A DNA stretch of 55,093 nucleotides, the filler included, from Piptocephalis cylindrospora (lineage: Eukaryota): assembly GCA_003614145.1 (NCBI GenBank). It is 3 parts of 3 records of this genome, joined end to end, with 100 filler letters (N's around TTAATTAATTAA, not from the genome) between each part and the next. Parts side by side here need not be neighbours in the genome. Positions count along the whole stretch, not along the records: positions 36,826 to 55,093 come from KZ987840.1; 2 more parts are not named here. One strand, 5' to 3'. Below, piece by piece: positions 48,188 through 55,093 of the stretch. How positions within the stretch are numbered: position 1 is the stretch's first letter; each line of letters opens with the position of its first letter. Made by a program: the position numbers and the translations under genes. Below the pieces are notes generated by a model, which did not search any database, was not told where the DNA came from, and was given only the letters and a program-made list of their open reading frames with translations.

Positions 48188-51100
48188 TTAATGGTGTCGA
48201 GCCACATGAGGGGTGGTTCCTTGAGCCGGATGCCGAATCAAATGATATGTTCCTTGCGTCGACTTTCTGATCTTTTTTTCCCGGGCAAGGACGTTCAAGT
48301 AGGCTTGGACCTTGTCCTCCGAAATATTGTAGAGAAAGGGGGCTTTGTACACAATGTGCTGAATGATAAACGAGTGAAGAGACTTTAGGATCAAATGGGA
48401 AGATCGGCCGATGAACTGAAGGAAGTTCGGTTCGATGGTTCGAAGGCCTTGAAGCTCCGAAGCCGCCAATGTCATCTTATCCCTTCTTTCCTTCATCCCC
48501 TCATCCTCCTCTTCGTACCCCTCCTCTGCTTCCTCCCCACCTGGGATCATTTCCTCAAGGAGGTCTAGATGATAAGGGGGTCGAGGTCCGTGACCACCAA
48601 GGGCCTCCTCCGCATCTACTGGTATATACGTCCGTGGGGCTGTGGGTCGAAGGAACCCGCGTGCCACCCAAAAGTTTAACGTCACTAGCAAGGAGACTTC
48701 ATCAATCCGTGTGGATCCCATAAGTTGATCCAACGTCCTGGATCCTGAGGAAAGAAGGGTAGAAAGATGAGATGATACACAAGGATAGCCTTCACAGCCC
48801 GCCTATCAACCCACAGCATACCTTTCTTGTTAAACTCTAAAAGGACAGTGGCTTGCATTGGACTTACTACTAGTTCCACTACCTGAGGTCCTCCGTCTTC
48901 ATCATCTCTCCCTCGTTTCCGGGACCCCAGCTTGACCTCGAGGATCGCTTGGCCCATATGCGGTTGCCAGTCAATGTACCTTCCAGGAGCTTCGTTTTTG
49001 TATGCGTCCTCAAACGCTACCATGGCCCTAATCATAAGTGAGTGTTTGAATTAACCAAGGAAAGGACCACTCATACTCAAAAAATTGCGGACATGAAACG
49101 TACTTGAGAACAGCGTTGGGAAGAAGCCACTCTTCCTCATCAATCTCAGGCCAAAACATCTTTGAAAGGACTCGCGGATTGATATTGGGATTAAGAGACA
49201 ATGTAGAGGGAGGGTGGGGGCATGAGGGAGAGTCTAATCTTCGTTTCAGATTATCCTTCATTCGTTCATAATAAAAGGAGCTCAAAGAAATGTCCTTCAT
49301 CATAATCCTGCATGTCTTTAGCGCCTCTTGTCCAAATCGGAATTGAAGTAAGTCAAGGTTTTCCTTCTGTAGGTTGCAAGTAAGGTGAGTAAGGCTCAAG
49401 AACATCCTCTTCCCCTCCCCTTTTAAACCGCAGAGAGGATCCTACTTACCTCAATTTTTGTCCCATATCTCTTTAATCGCAACAATCTCTGGGCCATAAT
49501 CTCCTGAATCTCAATGGTGTACCCAGTCATCTCGGGAAAGAGACTGATCAGGGCTGTGACCGTGTCAGTCGTTTTTAGTCGTAGGACCGCCAATTCTAGA
49601 TGGGAATTCTCAAAGTAAGTGCATAGTTCAAGGAATTACCCCCCTCACATCCCTACGTACTAGGATCTGCTTCGATAGGGTCTGGGGTCCAATCTTCTGA
49701 GTTCCATGGGGCGTGATGTAGATCAATCATGTCCTCTCGAAGGACTTGGCCCTTCCGTAATTCCTCGTGGAGTTCAGGGTACGTCTTGGTATCCAGTAGA
49801 GCAGCCACAATACATCGAATCGTATCTGGTCTCAATCTATGATGACCAAGGTACTCTCATCAGCATGATAGTGCAGGAAAGATCATAGGAACGAAAAAAA
49901 TATGACTCATACTTAAGGTAGGCCCGAAGTGGTTTAGAAGCCATTTCTAGGAGGACTCCAGAGGAGTCCAAGTACCGCATGATCCGGATGGTGATGATGT
50001 AGCAATGGAGGATAACCGAAGTTTGAGTCCCGGGACGAAAGAGGTATTTTTTTGTGCTAGTAATATGGGAATAGTTATAATTTGAGCTCATCCACCCTTC
50101 AAATCTACAAAAAAAGGCTATACGGACTTACTCATCTATATATCGTTCCCGGAGCACCCCCATCACCCTAGGGCGTTCAATGCACTCCTGTGTGGAAAGT
50201 GAAAGGGTTTTATAGGTGAATCAATGAGCATGAGAAGTCTTGGGTCAGTGCTCATCCCTGCATTAAAAATACCCTTAAATCCTCCAAGGCATGTCGAGAC
50301 GCTGGGTAGTCCTTGATGATCGCTGTAATTTGCCTTGCACTAATGGAGCGCGAGTAGGGAACCATGATCAGTCAAGCTGATAGTATCTCTTTAAGTGCTG
50401 TATCATAGGAGGATAAGGAGAAATTTACCGTGAATAGCCCATGCAGTCGTGGAGAAATGACTTTGCTTCCATGCAGACAGGAGCTTTGTTCTTCTCTTCT
50501 TCCCCATCTGTTCCTAGGGCAAAGAATGATCAATATGAGTCTTTTCCCCCCTCAAAGGTACGCTTACCATGTTGCTGGTAAAAGACAAGGCGCTTCCACC
50601 GACCGAAAAAGTGATCACACCAAGATTCCAAGGATGAAATGACCGAGTGACGCAGGCTAGATGGGGAGCGGCTCACCCGGTCGACACATGCCTCCACCTC
50701 CTGGAGTATTGTCTTTTTTACCATAATCTCTACATCTATCCCCAACCCCAGGGCCTGCAGATGCTTGACCGTGAGGATAGCCGATGTCAGAGAATCAACA
50801 AGTGTGCACTGTCACGGCGGATCCAAGGTGTTTTTATGAGATAAAGGGTGAGTTAGTGACAACAGTACACCTATCGAAGCGAAATGAATAACTGCCTCAC
50901 CATACTCCTTTGCGGGCTGACGTCTTCAAAAAGGGTTGAGGGCTCGAGGAGATTTTCCACATTTTTCCATCCTCCCACATCTTCCCCTACTTGAGTAGCA
51001 TGGATGGCTTCCTCGGTCAGACGAAGGATATCTAAAGCTGTTGCTTCATCTTTTTGGTTGGTAATGGAAGTTGTGCCGATCGAGCCAACGATTTCAAAAG

Positions 51101-51918
51101 CATCTTCCAGATAATCTTGGGCATCTAAGCATCCAAGAGTATGAAAGGCATGGAAGCTTTGAGAAAGGATGTCGCTGAGGAAAAAGTCAAGTCTCCCAGA
51201 GAATATCCGACGATGACTCTCGATCATTCGACCCTTTATCTGGCGGTTCATTTTCTCTCTGTGGAAAAAAAGGGGGATAATGTGTAAGGGGCAGTACGGT
51301 ATTACACATGGTTGCCTTTGTATGAAACCTACGATGTATCTACAAGCTGAGATTCCTCCTGTGTCGTACAATACGCATGGACCATGGAGGAGAGGATAGG
51401 GTTAAGGGATACTCCCATCGGCTGATCACCCTAATCATCCAGCAGATTATGAAGGTGTACGTGAGTGATAGGAGTATGAGTAATCGTATAAACCACCTAC
51501 AGTCTCTTGGCCCGGGGATAGCTTGGAGATGGCTTGGGCATTCTCGGTTATGGTCGTTTGATATTGAACTAGGTAAATGGGCGGATGAGATGGACAAAGA
51601 GCATGGGGCTCAGCAAGACGCATCAACAAACCCTTACAGCACCAGTATTCCACAAACTGCCTTTGCAAGCAAGCTGGGAGAGTGATGGGCCGAACAGGAC
51701 CGGAGGAGTTCCGAGCCTTCCGAAAAGCCCGTAGCGCCCTTTGATACCTTGGGTACCAGTCCTTCCACTAGACGTCATTAGGGATGTTAAGAGAGTCCAG
51801 GCGGGCGGGAAGGGGGGCGACTGGGGAGCGGGGCTCGATCACTGGAATGCCCTCCCTGCCAGGAACTTACATCATCTGAAGACCTGGTTGGGCCCTCGAC
51901 GGCTTTAGACACGGTCAT
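48188..51918 (-). CDS. APC2: Anaphase-promoting complex subunit 2 (cullin-homology), many exons
   Basis: IIKDYP.SRHALEDLR, YLFRPGTQTSVIL..YI.TIR....LDSSGVLL, RPDTIRCIVAALL, WTPDPIEADP, NLDLLQFRFGQEAL..C.IMMKDI, LSKMFWP, WQPHMGQA.LE, VSPMQA. The start at 51918 is inferred from splicing and is less certain. Confidence 0.9.
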
Positions 51919-53286
51919 ATCAAAGAAGAAAAGACCAAAAATGCTTGACTGCTATACAAAGGGGAGTGGTGTACTTGAAAGGAATGGCGGCTGGGGAGAA
52001 GAATGATCAAATGGGAAGAGGAGGATAAGAAGAGCACGGTGTACGTTTCTTTATTGACATCTACATATCATCGCCTGTGGATACATTCATGCTGGAGGAC
52101 TTTCCTGGCCAGGTGGGGATAGGGACGAGCTTGTCCGACATGGGCTCCTGTGTATCGTGACGTGGGCAGGGGATATGGAAAGGACAGTAGGGGCCAAGCC
52201 CATTATTCCATATGCGACTATTAAAATATATTTCGTTGCTATTATCATCTTTAATTTATGACTGAGATGTTCCAGTATAAGAGAATTGCAAGTCAGCTCC
52301 AAATTTGATGACGTTTTTTAATCCATCATAGATGTCTATGGAAACACTGGCTGATCCTGGAGTCGCTGTCAAACTAATCTCTATAAGGATGAGCATTGAT
52401 CGGATCTTTCCATAGGTAAAACTAGTGAATCTTTCAGTTAATTGTTCGATAGGATGAAGGATCCTTGATCCTAGGGACCACTCAAGCATATCCTTAAATC
52501 CTCCTTCCTCTGTGTAAGCCGTCAGCCCCATTTAGGGGATAAGACCAGGATAAAGACGTCGCCATTTGCCCATTTCTCTTCTACTAGGAAAATCTAAGGA
52601 TCCTATAATAATACCATGATGGATCAGGGGACGGCCAGGGGATTTCTATATAGTGAAAGGCGAATTAAGACATCAACTGAGGAAGGCATTCCTTTGATGT
52701 GGTATCTCCTGGTGCACCAAAATCATATCCAAGGATGGGCCCTGAAATAGGGGCCTATAATTGTTGCGCCAAATAATAGGACTTGATAAACATGTCACTT
52801 CCTGCAGTGCAGAATGTAACCGCCACCCTCGTCCTGTCCTCTCTTCTTCCTCCTTTTCTTCCCTTCTTCTTGTTCATCTTGCCGAGGCTACTTGTCTCTC
52901 TCTAATCAATCATCCTCTTGTTCGTTTACGGTACTGCCCTTCTTTCACACACCTTTCCACTTCTGTTCAACGAGCGGTAACCTTAACCAAGCTACTCGAT
53001 CATTACCTTGGGGCGACAATATTCGTCCATCTCCGAGTAAACCTACCTTCTTCCGCCCTCTTTGCACGTGTACCCAGGAACAGGCTGGTTAGCGCGAGTT
53101 CGCGTGTACCCAGACCCTTAGCCTTTCTCTCTTGCATTCATCCTCACTCCAAGCAAGGTATTGGTTAGCGAGATTCCATTCAACCCCACTGGGCACTCCT
53201 CGAATAGGGCACGGTCATCCCCTTCCCGTATCACATCTCTGAATTTGCGAGCCCTTTTCCTGAATAACAGGACTGAGCGCGGATAC

Positions 53287-55093
53287 ATGCCTTCAGACCC
53301 GATCCCATCCCATCAGGCAAGCTCCCCCGAAAACGCCAAGAAGGGAGCAAAAGATAAGTCGAAAAGGACGCCTCCTCCTTCCCGAGGTAATGCTCATCGA
53401 GGACGATATTCCCCAGCCCATACGATCCAGGCTTCTCGTGGGGCTCCTGCTTCAGGCTTTCACTCTAGCCATGATGGGCGCCTTCGCCAAAATCGTGGAG
53501 GAAGACTAGGGCAGGGCTCAGGGATGTATCCTTCACATCTCCCCTCCTATGGTATGTATTAGGTACGAGGATCTTTTCAGAGGCATTCTTCTTATACTCA
53601 TCTTTCCTCATTGATCCCTCTTTCTTATATCACTCCCGTTGAACAATTGGGTGATGGGGTAATAATAGATCCACACCCTAGGGGAGAGACCTTTGCTCGA
53701 GGAGGGAGAGGAAGGGGTCGTGGGAGCCCAAGGGTCTTTCGAAGCCAGTCGTCAGTGCCACACACTGGGAAAAGGCGTGGTAGGGGCCAGCCCGTAGATA
53801 GCGATGACGATGCCCTATGGTATATGCCAGGGACTGTTGATGAGGAGGACGAGGATGAAAAGGAGCACGGGGGCGTGGATGGAATGGGAAAAGAGTTAAG
53901 GCTTGGAAGGAGGGCTATGGTGACTGATATATCCTCAGAAGCAGGAGCTACAACGCCCACCAAGGTTATCACAAGTCGAGGAGCCATCCCTTCCGATCGA
54001 CGAATCTGGCTGGAAACGTCCAAATTCCCTATGGTTCCAATTTCTCCTCAAGCAAATGCTACCGCTCCCTATAACCTGGAAAGTGATGCGATAAAGACAG
54101 GGACTGAAGGTCCCACCGATCTCAGAAGAGGCGGAAGAAAGGGAAAAAAATCGGGGAAAAGGAAGACGAGGAGGAAAACAAGGTATTGGGGCAACGGAAG
54201 ACAAACTTGACACAGATGAACTAAGGGTAGCGGAAAGGACGAAGGAAGAGGGGCTATTTGATCCTGACCAAGGTAGAGGAAGGGGTGAAGGTCGAGGGGA
54301 TAGGAGGGGCGGGAGAGGGTTCGGGAGGCCAGGAAATCAGGCTTCTTCCCTCATAGCCTCCACCCCAAATCCCCCGGCCATCACCAGCGGGAGGCCACGA
54401 TTAAATGTCAGTGCTGTGCATCGGACCATCGAAGGGTTAGAGGAATGTTTACGCGCTCTAGGTGCCTGCCCTGTTCAAGGGAGCTTCTCTGAGGAAATTA
54501 CTTACTGGAAGGAGCAAGCATCCTTTCGACAAAGGTACGCATGAGTGACCTTGGTCCAGGGATACATATCTCTAACGGATATCTTTGTTCTCATAATACC
54601 CCCTACTTACGCTCCTCTATATTTCTATTCTTCATTGTGGTAGTCTGCTGGAGCAGTACATGACCTTATTGCAATCCCCGGGATCAGCATCTGTTGATTT
54701 ACTGGATAAGGCATGGAGAGAGGGGGCACACGGATTGGTGGACGGCGTCAGGAAAGCGTTACGTCGTCACTTGCGCTCCTCTTCTCAGGAAGAGGACAAA
54801 GAGAGGGAGGGCATAGAGGGGAGTCTAGAGACACCAGGTGAATTTTTCCGCTCTCTTCTTTCCACCCACCTGGCCTTGTCAGAAGAAGGCTTTAGGGAGG
54901 TGATGGAGGAGGCCCATGCTCATCAACCCAATGGATGCATCGGGCGTCTGCCCTGGTGGAAGGTTCTTCCAGCCCTCGGGGATATTGCACGATACCGAGG
55001 AATGTATGGTCTGGCGAGTGGGGGAGAGAGCGAAAGGATGCGTCGGTGGTGGATTAGTCGTGCTAAGGCCTGGTACCGTCTGGCCATGCGTCT
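53287..55093 (+). CDS. EST1/SMG6-family (NMD/telomerase factor) protein, 5' part; apparent +1 frameshift at 54144-54150; truncated by window end
   Basis: RGG-rich disordered N-terminus. The final exon reads WWKVLPALGDIARYRGMY...WWISRAKAWYRLAMR, matching the EST1/SMG5-7 TPR-like LGD(I/L)ARYR...A..WY..A signature. Introns near 53552-53668 and 54535-54643. Confidence 0.75.

Noticed and set aside
1105..51918. Apparent ubiquitin-proteasome gene cluster (ULA1, RPN7, RPN6, RING E3, APC2)
   Set aside because: The genes lie on three contigs of 18323, 18302 and 18268 nt that look concatenated by length with artificial spacers. Only RPN7-RPN6, and loosely RING-APC2, are physically linked.
52087..52531. 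Short minus-strand ORFs between APC2 and the EST1-like gene
   Set aside because: No recognisable motif or consistent splice model. They may be intergenic or a decayed gene.
53526..53534. GTATCCTTC resembling a U12 (minor) 5' splice site
   Set aside because: A normal GTATGT donor at 53552 gives the correct frame into the next exon, and no TCCTTAAC branch site was seen.

Overview
Gene-dense eukaryotic (fungal) DNA with short GT-AG introns. The gene set (CDK10-type kinase, SMN, SMG6/EST1-like, GH9, PNKP) and compactness suggest an early-diverging fungus, possibly Zoopagomycota; this is an inference. The window is not one locus. It is three unrelated, length-sorted contigs (1-18323, 18424-36725, 36826-55093) joined by artificial 100-nt N/TTAATTAATTAA spacers. 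About 25 protein genes and one tRNA-Leu(CAA) are present. Most are housekeeping genes: NAE1/ULA1, CCZ1, a 3xRRM protein, RPN7, RPN6, TRM7, SMN, QC, CDK10, MRPS6, eIF2B-delta, PNKP, RVS167-like, APC2 and EST1/SMG6-like. The most notable items are: (i) three genes in contig 3, each interrupted by exactly one extra base in a 7-8 nt homopolymer (apparent +1 frameshifts, most likely assembly error but testable); (ii) a RING-TRAF-zinc-finger-LRR fusion protein; (iii) a secreted Cys/Gly/Trp heptad-repeat protein with dibasic processing sites; (iv) a head-to-head pair of proteasome lid genes, RPN7 and RPN6; (v) a membrane-anchored GH9 and an intronless orphan gene. Exon structures were worked out by eye and no database searches were run.
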